Shown: piece by piece, positions 50,099 through 59,609 of the stretch | Position numbering within the stretch: the stretch's first letter is position 1 | How the letters are laid out: every line of letters starts with the position of its first letter | Translations under genes and position numbers: made by a program | Origin: Candidatus Margulisiibacteriota bacterium | GTDB lineage: Bacteria; Margulisbacteria; WOR-1; O2-12-FULL-45-9 | Reading direction: 5' to 3' | Length of the DNA: 64,000 nucleotides | Assembly (NCBI GenBank): GCA_034723395.1 | Contig: JAYEOW010000024.1 | Coordinates: forward strand, 1 to 64,000 | The notes under the pieces: model-generated | What the model was told of the DNA's origin: nothing | Database searches by the model: none | Seen by the model: the letters and a program-made list of their open reading frames with translations, nothing else

Positions 50099-51009
50099 CT
50101 TATTTTCTCCTTTCCTAACATCGTTTTTAACGTTATCTTCGCGACCTTAATATATAAAGAAATAAACAATGGATCTGCCTTAAATGACTTCCATAAATAT
50201 TTCAAAAACGGTTTTCTTAAACAAAATCGGTAATATGCCCAGTTATAATAAATGTTCGCTTTCGTTCTTCTAAAACGAAACCAGTCGGAGAGTTTTCTCT
50301 TCTCAAGCCGGCAATAATGGTCATCTATAATATTAATTACGCTTTGGAACATCTCTTCCCTGCTTGAATTCGTAAAATTATTTTCATGCAGCGTATAGCC
50401 GCCCAGTATCTCCGGAATAAAATGGAAAAGATGGCCGGCCTTTGCCGCCCTTAACCACAGGTCATAATCTTCACAAAGATAGGTTAACTTGCTTTCAGAG
50501 AAATACCCTACGTCCTCCATTATCTTTTTCTTAAAAGTTACGGCCGGAGTTGACAATAAATTTCCGGAATAAAGCAGCGCACGGTGCATATCTTTCGCTC
50601 CAGGGCCATTTTTCCGTATCCCAGATATCTCTCCATCTTTATGGTCGTGTAGATCGTGGCTGATGATTGCTATGTCCGGATGGTTCTTAAATGCTTGTAT
50701 CGTTATTTCAAGCTTATCTGAATACCAGATATCATCCTGATCGAGGATCGCAATAACCTCACCGGATGCCTGCCTGACCCCGCTATTTCTAGCCCCACCC
50801 AATCCTTTATTTTTCTGTTCAATATAAACAAAGTCCGTCTCTTGATGCTTCTCCATATATTCATTAACTACTTCTCCAACATTATCCGGCGATTCATCGT
50901 TCACCAGAATGATCTCGTAATCTTTGTAGGTTTGCGCCAAAACACTATCGAGCGTTCGCTCAATCAGTTTTGCCCCGTTATATAAAGGTATGATCACTGA
51001 TACTTTCAT
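50095..51009 (-). CDS. GT2 glycosyltransferase
   Basis: VSVIIPLYN, VNDES.D, GARN.G, LDQDD, EDYDLWLR; probable ATG at 51009. Confidence 0.9.
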   Translation of the reverse strand: MKVSVIIPLYNGAKLIERTLDSVLAQTYKDYEIILVNDESPDNVGEVVNEYMEKHQETDFVYIEQKNKGLGGARNSGVRQASGEVIAILDQDDIWYSDKLEITIQAFKNHPDIAIISHDLHDHKDGEISGIRKNGPGAKDMHRALLYSGNLLSTPAVTFKKKIMEDVGYFSESKLTYLCEDYDLWLRAAKAGHLFHFIPEILGGYTLHENNFTNSSREEMFQSVINIIDDHYCRLEKRKLSDWFRFRRTKANIYYNWAYYRFCLRKPFLKYLWKSFKADPLFISLYIKVAKITLKTMLGKEKIR

Positions 51010-52805
51010 AAAAATACCGCTAAACTTTCTTCGTTGACCGGGGAGAAGCATTGGGCAATTAATTCTCTCCCCTTTTCACGCAGTTTTATCTCCTTTGCTT
51101 GATCGATGCTTTTTATTTTCTCAATCTCTGCCGCGATCTCTTCCGTAGTTCGGGCGGTAAACTGAAAATCGTCTTTGGAGAACCAGTCCATCGGATCGAG
51201 GCTGATATCAAGATCGCTACGCACTCTTATCACAGGCACCCCCCACGCCAAAGCATCAAATATCGTAGCAGAAGCAGTAGCTATCAACATTGTCGCATTT
51301 GGCAAAACGTCGCTCATTCCTCCGCCAACAAGCTCATATTCATCTGTTTTTAAACCGGCTAAATTTATTATTTCACTAAGATCTTCTTTGGCCATCATTG
51401 GATGCGGTTTGAGCACCAGCTTCATATGCTTGGTATTCCTAAGTGCTGACCAGCTCTTTGAAAGAAGTTCCAGCGCGTTCGGTTTCGCTAGCGGAAGGGT
51501 GATTAAAACAGTATTTTGGGGCCTATCCCCTCTCCCATATTGTCTTATTAGATATTGGAAACGCAGAGCCGGGCCATCGACTAAACACTCTGAGGAAAAT
51601 CCTTCTTTAGATAAAATCTCTCTAAAATAACTGCCGGAGCAAATAATCTTATTCGGTGTCGGCAGCACACCCGCCTCATTTTTTGAGGCATAACAGCTTA
51701 GAAGTAATGGAAACAGAGAGGCGTGCTGAAAACCTAGTATAGTAGCATCCGGCAAGTATTTTTCTGCTCCTAGAAGAATCGGCTTCTCAGGAAACATATT
51801 TTCAAAAGTGATAATGATACGTTCGATTTTAACTCCCTTTTCGCTCAGCCTTTCCATTAAATAGTAATGCATCACAACCTCAAAAGCCGATCCGCCGGCA
51901 AATGCAGTTCTTCTCGCCTCTTCCCGGTAGATCAGCCCAAGTTCGTGCCCTTGAAAAACGAAAGATCCCTTGAAAAATGTCAGCGACCGAAACATAACAT
52001 ATAGTCCCTTAAAATAATCGGTAATTCGATAATAATCGTCCGCAATAATAAAGTTTTCCTTTGCCTGCCTGAGCCAAGCAAAAGTCTCTCTGATCGACCG
52101 CCTTAAATTGTAAAATATCGGGAGAATAGCGACCGTTTCCCCTTTTCCCCTTAATTCACCAGCTAAATTAGCAAAATAACTATCCTTAAATTCCCCGTTT
52201 TGGCTTAAATGTTTATCTCCAATCCAGGTCCTTAGAATAGTTAACGGTTTATTATCACTAATTGATGGTTTTCGCGCCCATAACTTTCTGGTAAAAGCTT
52301 GTTTAAGCGACAAAAAGAATCGTGCTGCCGCACGCAAATATGATTTAAAAGCATTAGTCTTATATAGTTTTATATTTTTATATCCATTGAATAGATCAGA
52401 CCTTGATATGGTCTCTAATACCGCCGTGCTCTCCGAAAAGATGCAGACATTTTTCCCGGAAAGTTCCTTTTTTAACCGATTCACAACTTCAAGATAACAA
52501 ATATAAAGATACACCGGGCTGTCCATCACATTTTTTTCCGCTATCTTTGAGCACCACCATGCCAATGAGTTAAAGCAGACGCTCAACTCTCCGACGTAAT
52601 CCAAATAAGACCGCCGCAGGTCATTGGCCGCATCTTCTAACAACGAACCAATTTCTACATAGTGCCAATTAGCGGGAGCTTGGTTTTTTAATTCTAAAAG
52701 CCGCTTATAATCCCTTCCTAAAAAAACCCAGTAATGGTGTTCACTGAATTCCCTTTTAGCGGGAAAACCTTTGTCAGCCTGAATTAATCTAATCGTATTA
52801 GGCAT
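51006..52805 (-). CDS. hypothetical protein, candidate CMP-ulosonate transferase
   Basis: GFQH, LKPHP, DAL.WGVPV; directly downstream of the KdsB-like gene. Confidence 0.55.
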   Translation of the reverse strand: MPNTIRLIQADKGFPAKREFSEHHYWVFLGRDYKRLLELKNQAPANWHYVEIGSLLEDAANDLRRSYLDYVGELSVCFNSLAWWCSKIAEKNVMDSPVYLYICYLEVVNRLKKELSGKNVCIFSESTAVLETISRSDLFNGYKNIKLYKTNAFKSYLRAAARFFLSLKQAFTRKLWARKPSISDNKPLTILRTWIGDKHLSQNGEFKDSYFANLAGELRGKGETVAILPIFYNLRRSIRETFAWLRQAKENFIIADDYYRITDYFKGLYVMFRSLTFFKGSFVFQGHELGLIYREEARRTAFAGGSAFEVVMHYYLMERLSEKGVKIERIIITFENMFPEKPILLGAEKYLPDATILGFQHASLFPLLLSCYASKNEAGVLPTPNKIICSGSYFREILSKEGFSSECLVDGPALRFQYLIRQYGRGDRPQNTVLITLPLAKPNALELLSKSWSALRNTKHMKLVLKPHPMMAKEDLSEIINLAGLKTDEYELVGGGMSDVLPNATMLIATASATIFDALAWGVPVIRVRSDLDISLDPMDWFSKDDFQFTARTTEEIAAEIEKIKSIDQAKEIKLREKGRELIAQCFSPVNEESLAVFL

Positions 52806-53535
52806 ATAAGCTTTTGGTTTTATCCTTTTTCATTAGATCTACAACTATTTCCAGATCGGCCGGTGTATCTACGCTGATCTTCGCTCCCTCAATCTTAACC
52901 GCTTTCATCTTCACCCCGTGCTCTAAAACCCGTAAATATTCGTTATACTCGATAGTTTCTAAGGGAGTCGGTTCCCATGAGGTATATTTGAGCAAAAACT
53001 CCTTACGAAACGGAACAATAAAGCACATTTTTAACAGTCCATTAACCGGTGTCCGCGCATCACTAGGCAGATCGGTTCTTGAACAGTAAAGAATATTTCC
53101 ATTCAGGTCTAATACTGCTTTTATATCTGAATGACTATTCTTACCAGCATACGGAGTAACCCCAACCGAAATCTGGATATTTTGATCTTTCTTTAGTGGT
53201 GCAACGATTTGATTAATATGTTCTGGATCAACTAACGGTTCATCTCCCTGGATATTTACTACGATGTCGCAATCGACTTTCTGGGACGCTTCGGCTAAAC
53301 GGTCGGACCCGGTTTTATGATGATTTCCAGTCATGATTACTTTTATTCCATGCTTTTCACCGGCACTTTTAATTTTTTCATTATCGGTCACCAAATAAAC
53401 CTCATCTAAAGCCTCCGCTAACAAAGAACGCTTACAAGTGTGGATCACCATCGGCAATCCTTCGATCTCAATCAATGCTTTGCCGGGTAAACGGCTCGAC
53501 TCTAATCTTGCCGGAACCATTCCTACAGTTTTCAT
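52798..53535 (-). CDS. kdsB: CMP-Kdo synthetase-like cytidylyltransferase
   Basis: PARLESSRLPGK.L, TGSDR, VNIQGDEP, LE..E.LR.LEHG, SVDTP.DL; probable ATG at 53535. Confidence 0.8.
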   Translation of the reverse strand: MKTVGMVPARLESSRLPGKALIEIEGLPMVIHTCKRSLLAEALDEVYLVTDNEKIKSAGEKHGIKVIMTGNHHKTGSDRLAEASQKVDCDIVVNIQGDEPLVDPEHINQIVAPLKKDQNIQISVGVTPYAGKNSHSDIKAVLDLNGNILYCSRTDLPSDARTPVNGLLKMCFIVPFRKEFLLKYTSWEPTPLETIEYNEYLRVLEHGVKMKAVKIEGAKISVDTPADLEIVVDLMKKDKTKSLYA

Positions 53536-53536
53536 C

Positions 53537-54304
53537 TTAAGATTTAAACTCCTTGATCGTATGCTTAAAGCTGCGGCACAATTCAGTCGCATCCAAAGAG
53601 TATGTTATAAATTGGATCCCGATCTCTTTGAACCAGCGAAGCTGTTCCATGCTTGCGGTAAAAGCACCGGCCGCCTTGTTCTTGGTTCTAACCTTTTTTA
53701 CACATTCCTCAACATATTCCTTTAGTTTTGGGCTCTCCAGCTCTCCAGGGATCCCCAACGCTTGGGATAGATCACATAAACCGAAATAGACCACGTCAAT
53801 ATTTTCGTCATCAATGATCGCGTCGATATTTTTAACTCCCTGCTCTCCCTCTACAATTAAAATAGTCATCGTTTCATCATTTTCTTTTCTAGTATGCTCA
53901 TCGGTCTTTTCGGGAGCATATCCAGCGGCGCGAGTAAACGGAGAGAATCCTCTCTCCCCGATTGGCGCATACTTCATCCCCTTGATCGCCAGTTTTCTCT
54001 GCTCAACCGATTCGATATGCGGAACCACAATCCCGTGTGCTCCGATATCCAATCCGCGCAGTATTTCCGCTTCATCATTGCGGGGAACGCGAATAATCGG
54101 AGTGCAATCTTCCAATTCCGCGGCACGCACCATATCTTCGGCAGTCTCATAGCTGATAGGACCATGCTCCATATCAATGACCACAAAATCCAATCCGGCG
54201 GCTCCTAAAACATTAACTGCTGAAGCGGACGGGAGGATACACCAGGTTCCCAGCACGGATTCCCCTTCTTTTAACATCCGCTTTAATTTATTTAGTTTTC
54301 TCAT
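53537..54304 (-). CDS. HpcH/HpaI class II pyruvate aldolase family
   Basis: DFVVIDMEHG, LDIGAHGIVVPH, G.RG, GLCDLSQALG. Confidence 0.88.
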   Translation of the reverse strand: MRKLNKLKRMLKEGESVLGTWCILPSASAVNVLGAAGLDFVVIDMEHGPISYETAEDMVRAAELEDCTPIIRVPRNDEAEILRGLDIGAHGIVVPHIESVEQRKLAIKGMKYAPIGERGFSPFTRAAGYAPEKTDEHTRKENDETMTILIVEGEQGVKNIDAIIDDENIDVVYFGLCDLSQALGIPGELESPKLKEYVEECVKKVRTKNKAAGAFTASMEQLRWFKEIGIQFITYSLDATELCRSFKHTIKEFKS

Positions 54305-54315
54305 CGTTTACTCCT

Positions 54316-55071
54316 TTAGACCACCTTTATTTGTGATACATCATCAATCACGTAGTTAGTCAGATTTTGTAGTTGTTCTCTCGGCGTTATCCCGGAACAG
54401 ACCGCGATACTAGCTTTAACTTTGGCGTTATTCCCCATTTTAATATCAGTTTCAGCATCACCCACCATGACCATCCGATTCTTAGCAATTTTAAGCTCTT
54501 GCGAGATCAAATCGATCATATCCGGAGCAGGTTTTGAGAGCTCAACTCCATCTGCTCCGATTACAAATGACATCTTTTCGGAAAGCCCAAGAAAATCCAT
54601 CGAAAGTTTAGCCCTTTCTGTTTTATCAGTCGTTGCGATCGCCGTTTTACATCCTTTGGCATGTAAAGTATCGATCAAGTCGTATGTCCCATCGATTACT
54701 TTTATAAGGGTGTCCAGCATATCTCTTGATATTTCATCAACCTTACTAAATGCTTCAAGACAAGCCGTTCGCCCGTCTTTTATCCCAAACTGATGCAGAT
54801 AATCGATTGCCGCCTGCATAACCACCTCGCGCTTTTTAATTCCGACCGGTCCTTCCGAACGCAGTTTTTTGTTCTCTAAATCTACCCCCATCTCAAACAT
54901 CATCTTTTGCCTATGATCCCCGTCCAAATTGAACTTTTCGCAGATCAACTCTGCCCTTTTGCCAATCATTTGCGACCAGTAATGGTAGAGATCAATCAGT
55001 GTACCGTCGCGATCGAAGATCACCAGATCAATATCTTTTATTACCTGACCATTAACTTTAATATCAGCCAC
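54316..55071 (-). CDS. HAD family hydrolase
   Basis: FDRDGTL, KPAP, MVGD..TD. Confidence 0.85.
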   Translation of the reverse strand: MADIKVNGQVIKDIDLVIFDRDGTLIDLYHYWSQMIGKRAELICEKFNLDGDHRQKMMFEMGVDLENKKLRSEGPVGIKKREVVMQAAIDYLHQFGIKDGRTACLEAFSKVDEISRDMLDTLIKVIDGTYDLIDTLHAKGCKTAIATTDKTERAKLSMDFLGLSEKMSFVIGADGVELSKPAPDMIDLISQELKIAKNRMVMVGDAETDIKMGNNAKVKASIAVCSGITPREQLQNLTNYVIDDVSQIKVV

Positions 55072-56068
55072 GGATGTCCTCCAGGTTTTCTTTCACTAAT
55101 TTCTCCGCAACCGTAACTGCTTTACCGATCAGATCGAGATCGTTCTCAAAATTATCCTTATTAATATAATCTGCGACTAATTTACGCGCAAAAGTACCGA
55201 TCGAAACCCCATTAATGTCTACGCCGCACAACTTTGCCAGATTTCCGGTTTTACTATTCGTTCCTCCCGAAGCTAGGATCATCACTGGCACATTGCTTTT
55301 CCGCACGATATCCGAAATAGCGATCGTTTGCAGAGTTGTATTATAATCGTCTTTACCACCGCTCATCGGTACTCCATCCGCTTGCACGATCATTCGCTCA
55401 CCCGTGATCTCATACGCGGCTTTGATCCTCCTGATCACTTCGGTATCGGACAACTGCGATCGGTCAAGACACATGCTTATATAATTATCAGCAAGAAACT
55501 TGTTAACTAGTTTCCAGTCTGCCATTACCGATTCCTCATCGGGGATAATTGCATGGAGTTCAAATGTTTCCGTTCCGTTCGCCAGGCAATCGGGCAGGAT
55601 CTTTTTCAATTCATTCCTCTTATCGAAGAAACTAACCGCATTAGCCGGACATACGCGGCCGCATTCGCCGCAGCCGATACAGCGTTTCTCGATTACTTGA
55701 AAATCATTGGTAATCGCCTTTTGCAGGCAATATTCAAGACAGCTACCGCAAGAGGAACAAATATCAGCGTCTATTTTTGCCTTCCGGATATGCGGATCCC
55801 CCCGCATCCCGATACTTACATTAATAAATGGCCTGGTTTTAAGCTTTTTACCAAGCTTAGGCGCTAATTCAAAAGCTTTATTAACTCCCAGCACCGAATT
55901 CTTAACCACATCTACGTTTGCTGATACATCGATCCCTAGTGCTCCTGCGAGTGTATATACCAGAGAGAGCTTTCGTACTTCGTCAGCATCCTCGTTACCC
56001 GCGCCGCAAACGATCTTAAAATACTCTCGATCCCTCAATATCTGCCTTAATTCTTCAAATCTGCTCAT
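55064..56068 (-). CDS. LdpA-like 2x[4Fe-4S] protein
   Basis: FKIVCGAG..EVRKLSLVYTLAGA.GIDVSA, GDPHIRKA, CSSCGSCLEYC, CIGCGECGRVCP, QADG.PMSG, SGGTN. Confidence 0.75.
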   Translation of the reverse strand: MSRFEELRQILRDREYFKIVCGAGNEDADEVRKLSLVYTLAGALGIDVSANVDVVKNSVLGVNKAFELAPKLGKKLKTRPFINVSIGMRGDPHIRKAKIDADICSSCGSCLEYCLQKAITNDFQVIEKRCIGCGECGRVCPANAVSFFDKRNELKKILPDCLANGTETFELHAIIPDEESVMADWKLVNKFLADNYISMCLDRSQLSDTEVIRRIKAAYEITGERMIVQADGVPMSGGKDDYNTTLQTIAISDIVRKSNVPVMILASGGTNSKTGNLAKLCGVDINGVSIGTFARKLVADYINKDNFENDLDLIGKAVTVAEKLVKENLEDIRG

Positions 56069-57789
56069 ATGTAATTCTTCATCCCCTTATAAAATTCCTT
56101 GTAATTCGTTGGGGTTAGGATATGCAACCCTTCTCCTCCACGGTTTTCCAAATATTGATTGATCTCTTTTAAATAGCGAAGATTCCAGTTATGCTTTTCT
56201 TTAATATCTTCAAGTTTTTCCGCCTCGTTGGCCTCATTATAGAAATGGTGAATCCCATCTTTTGACGTCCCCATATATCCATCCATCCCCGCGATAAATA
56301 CTCTTTCTCCGCCCATTACTAACGCTAAACCAGCCAAAAGAACAGAAACCGTCCTGCAGCTTGATGAAATAATCCCATTTTCGATATTAAATGGATTTTC
56401 TAAAGAATCTTCATAATAAATAATTTCGTAATCACGGTTAACATATTCTCTGATCATCTCTTCTGAAATATGCTGACCAATTAACAATTTTGATTCAGGA
56501 CTTACTTTATCGACATAATCTGTAAATCGCCTTTTATTAGTAAAAGCATGATAATGTGGAACGAATAATCCCCCGAGATAATTTCCTCCCAAGACTATCG
56601 GATCGTACTTCTTTATAAATGCTAAGATCTTATCCTGGTTTTCTTTTAAGCTGGGACCGTTGGCCAGGACTAAAAAGTCCCGTCTTTTATAGCGATTAAT
56701 ATACGGAACATCAATTTTTTTATCGTTTACATTTTCATCTTTTTTGACACCCGATATTGTTTTAACTTTCTTACCAAACAACCCTTTTCTTAAAACATCT
56801 TCAATCAGCTCTTTATTGAATCCTACCGGATTGTTCATTTTAATGACTTCAAATATATTCCAGATATCTTCGATATCGTACTCTTTGCGGTCAACCAGGT
56901 TTTTAGCGTATGTCGGATGGCAGCCATAAGTGCCGGAAAGCATGTACGGGAGGTTATATCCCCAGTTAAACTTTTTGTGCAGATCGGTATAATAATGATC
57001 GATGATATTTAGAACCGGTATAACGTTATAGCGATCCGGATCTTGATGGTGCAGATAAGCGAGCATGATCTCGGTCGGGAGGTTCCCCGCACCACGCCCC
57101 ATCCCAAAGATCGAACCATCAACTATCCTCGCCCCGGCATCGATCGCAGCTAAAGAATTAGCAAAGGCCATCTGCAGGTTATTATGCGGATGAAAGCCCC
57201 ATTTAATATGTTTTATTTCTAATAACGGCTTATAGAAATCGGCAAGCTGATTAGGGAACATCGATCCGTACGAATCGGCAACGTAAGCATAATCCAGTGG
57301 AAGATCTTTAAGGATCGACAAGAGCTCCTGCTTTTCTTTATCTGAATAAGCAGAAAAGCCCATCAGATTGACTGAGGTTTTTAATCCAAGCTCTTTTATT
57401 TTTGCCGTATCAATTAAAGCATCCCTTAATTTATCTTTATGAAATGCAACTCTGATCAGATCAACCGGGGTCTCCTGGTATTGTTTAAGGTCCTCCAGAT
57501 CGTATTTGCCATGGTCGACCATTAAAGCAACCTTTGAACCGTCAATTCCTTTGGTTGCCGCTAGAATCTCATCGGCAGAGCTAAAGCGGTAAGCTCCGAA
57601 TTTATCTTTATTAAAATACTTTTCTGTGCCGTGATAACCCAGCTCAACATAGTCCACTCCCGCTTTGGAGAGCGCCCGGTAAGTCTCGCGGACCAGTTTC
57701 TTATCAAAATCCCAATTATTCACATATCCGCCGTCACGGATCGTGCAATCGAGGATTTCCAGATTATGCGGCTTCTTTTGCATATCCAA
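56065..57789 (-). CDS. HMGL-like (DmpG-type) aldolase fused to a C-terminal Maf/DUF115-like domain
   Basis: LDCTIRDGGY, ADSYG, GFHPHNN, GMGRGAGN; C-terminal LVLANGPSL and AGMDGY. Confidence 0.8.
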   Translation of the reverse strand: MDMQKKPHNLEILDCTIRDGGYVNNWDFDKKLVRETYRALSKAGVDYVELGYHGTEKYFNKDKFGAYRFSSADEILAATKGIDGSKVALMVDHGKYDLEDLKQYQETPVDLIRVAFHKDKLRDALIDTAKIKELGLKTSVNLMGFSAYSDKEKQELLSILKDLPLDYAYVADSYGSMFPNQLADFYKPLLEIKHIKWGFHPHNNLQMAFANSLAAIDAGARIVDGSIFGMGRGAGNLPTEIMLAYLHHQDPDRYNVIPVLNIIDHYYTDLHKKFNWGYNLPYMLSGTYGCHPTYAKNLVDRKEYDIEDIWNIFEVIKMNNPVGFNKELIEDVLRKGLFGKKVKTISGVKKDENVNDKKIDVPYINRYKRRDFLVLANGPSLKENQDKILAFIKKYDPIVLGGNYLGGLFVPHYHAFTNKRRFTDYVDKVSPESKLLIGQHISEEMIREYVNRDYEIIYYEDSLENPFNIENGIISSSCRTVSVLLAGLALVMGGERVFIAGMDGYMGTSKDGIHHFYNEANEAEKLEDIKEKHNWNLRYLKEINQYLENRGGEGLHILTPTNYKEFYKGMKNYI

Positions 57790-59605
57790 CCCCTTCCTTT
57801 TCAGTATTTTTTATCTGCGTATTATATAGACTCCAATAGTGTCTGCCTTTTTCCATTAACTCTTCGTGGTTTCCTGATTCGATCACTTTCCCCTTATCAA
57901 GCACGATAATCTTATCTGCATTAATGATCGTACTTAAGCGATGGGCAATAACAATTAAGGTATGGTCTTTGGATAATGCATTGATTGTCTGCTGAATTAT
58001 CTTTTCTGAAACGTTATCTAAGGCGCTGGTCGCCTCGTCAAAGATAAGGATCTCTGGCTTGCGATAGATCGCCCGGGCAATCGCGATCCGCTGGCGCTGC
58101 CCGCCCGATATCTTCATCCCCCGGTCACCGACAACCGTATTATATCCATCCGGAAATTCAGAAATAAACTCGTGGGCATGCGCTACTTTAGCAGCTTCAA
58201 CCACCTCATCCATTTTCTCAGCGGTATCTCCGCCAAAAGTAATGTTTTCTGCAATGGTTGCATTAAAAATAAATGTATCCTGGGTAACGAATCCGATCTT
58301 TTTCAACCAGGACGATATCCTGCTAATATTTAACTCAATACCATCAATTAATATTTTCCCGTCCTGCGGCACAAATACCCTGACGATCAAATCCGCAATG
58401 GTAGATTTTCCTGCACCGGAAGAACCAACGATCGCAGTCGTCTCCCCCTTCTTGAAGATCGAATTAATTTTATTAATGACCCTATCCCTTCCCGGATAAG
58501 AAAAACTGACGTTTTCAAAACGGATCCCTTCTGAAAATGATTTAATCTCTTTTTCACCATCTTTTATCTTGTTTGAATCTTCATGCAAAACGTAGTAAAG
58601 CAATTCTAAAGTGGGCAAAATCCCCATAAACTGGATCCTAAAATTACCCAAGATCGCCATTGAAGGAGTCACTTTTTGGAACGCATAAGCAAAAACTCCT
58701 AAAATCGGCAGTAGGCTCATATAGCTGGTTGGCAGCAATAATTTCACTACAATCAGCAATACTGCCAATAATATAACCGAGAGTGATTCCAACAATACTT
58801 TAGGAAGGTTTTTCCAGATAACATCTCTTCGGGCGAGGTTAAAATATTGCTTCATCGCTTTGACGAATTCGGTTACCCACCGATTTTGTGAATTATATAC
58901 TTTGATCTGCCGGATCCCGCTTACACTTTCATTGGCTAAAACATTCATCCGCTCCCCGGCATATATTCGCCCCTTCCCTAAATTATAAGATATGTTGGTA
59001 GCGATGTATTTTGTTAAATAATAATACAATCCTCCGATAACGATAATTCCGATCGAGGCATACATATGAATGTTAAGTAGAACCAGCCCAACGACCGCCA
59101 ATCTTACTATTTCGGTAAGCATACGCGGAATATAGTCAAATATCGCGCCCGCCGATGAAGGAGCCGATATTATCCGATAGATCAGCTCTCCCTGTTTATG
59201 ATCAAGAAAAAATTGATAATCAGCACTGATGTATTTATTAAAGATCCCTTTCTGCGTGTCTGCCCAAATATGATAAGCAGCAAACATCCCGTAGATCACG
59301 TTCCAGTAAGCAAATACACCTTTTAAGACAACAGATAATATTAAAAGTACCGCAGATGCAACCATCTTATCCTGGATCGGAACGATCCCGATCAGGCCTT
59401 CTGTGAATTTTATAAAACTACCTCCGACCGTACCGGTCATCCCGGACGGCAGCATTTCACTTAATACGGTAAAGAGAATCGCCAGATTCAATCCGTCAAA
59501 GACTGAAGCCAAAAATGCCAATAGGATGATCCCAAGCACGTATACCGGATGCTGTCTGATAAAATACCAGATGATCTGAAACTTTGTAATGCTGTTATTC
59601 TTCAA
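57764..59605 (-). CDS. ABC transporter permease/ATPase (MsbA/PglK-like flippase)
   Basis: N-terminal TM domain, GSSGAGKST, ISGGQRQR, FDEATSALD. Confidence 0.92.
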   Translation of the reverse strand: MKNNSITKFQIIWYFIRQHPVYVLGIILLAFLASVFDGLNLAILFTVLSEMLPSGMTGTVGGSFIKFTEGLIGIVPIQDKMVASAVLLILSVVLKGVFAYWNVIYGMFAAYHIWADTQKGIFNKYISADYQFFLDHKQGELIYRIISAPSSAGAIFDYIPRMLTEIVRLAVVGLVLLNIHMYASIGIIVIGGLYYYLTKYIATNISYNLGKGRIYAGERMNVLANESVSGIRQIKVYNSQNRWVTEFVKAMKQYFNLARRDVIWKNLPKVLLESLSVILLAVLLIVVKLLLPTSYMSLLPILGVFAYAFQKVTPSMAILGNFRIQFMGILPTLELLYYVLHEDSNKIKDGEKEIKSFSEGIRFENVSFSYPGRDRVINKINSIFKKGETTAIVGSSGAGKSTIADLIVRVFVPQDGKILIDGIELNISRISSWLKKIGFVTQDTFIFNATIAENITFGGDTAEKMDEVVEAAKVAHAHEFISEFPDGYNTVVGDRGMKISGGQRQRIAIARAIYRKPEILIFDEATSALDNVSEKIIQQTINALSKDHTLIVIAHRLSTIINADKIIVLDKGKVIESGNHEELMEKGRHYWSLYNTQIKNTEKEGVGYAKEAA

Positions 59606-59609
59606 TATC

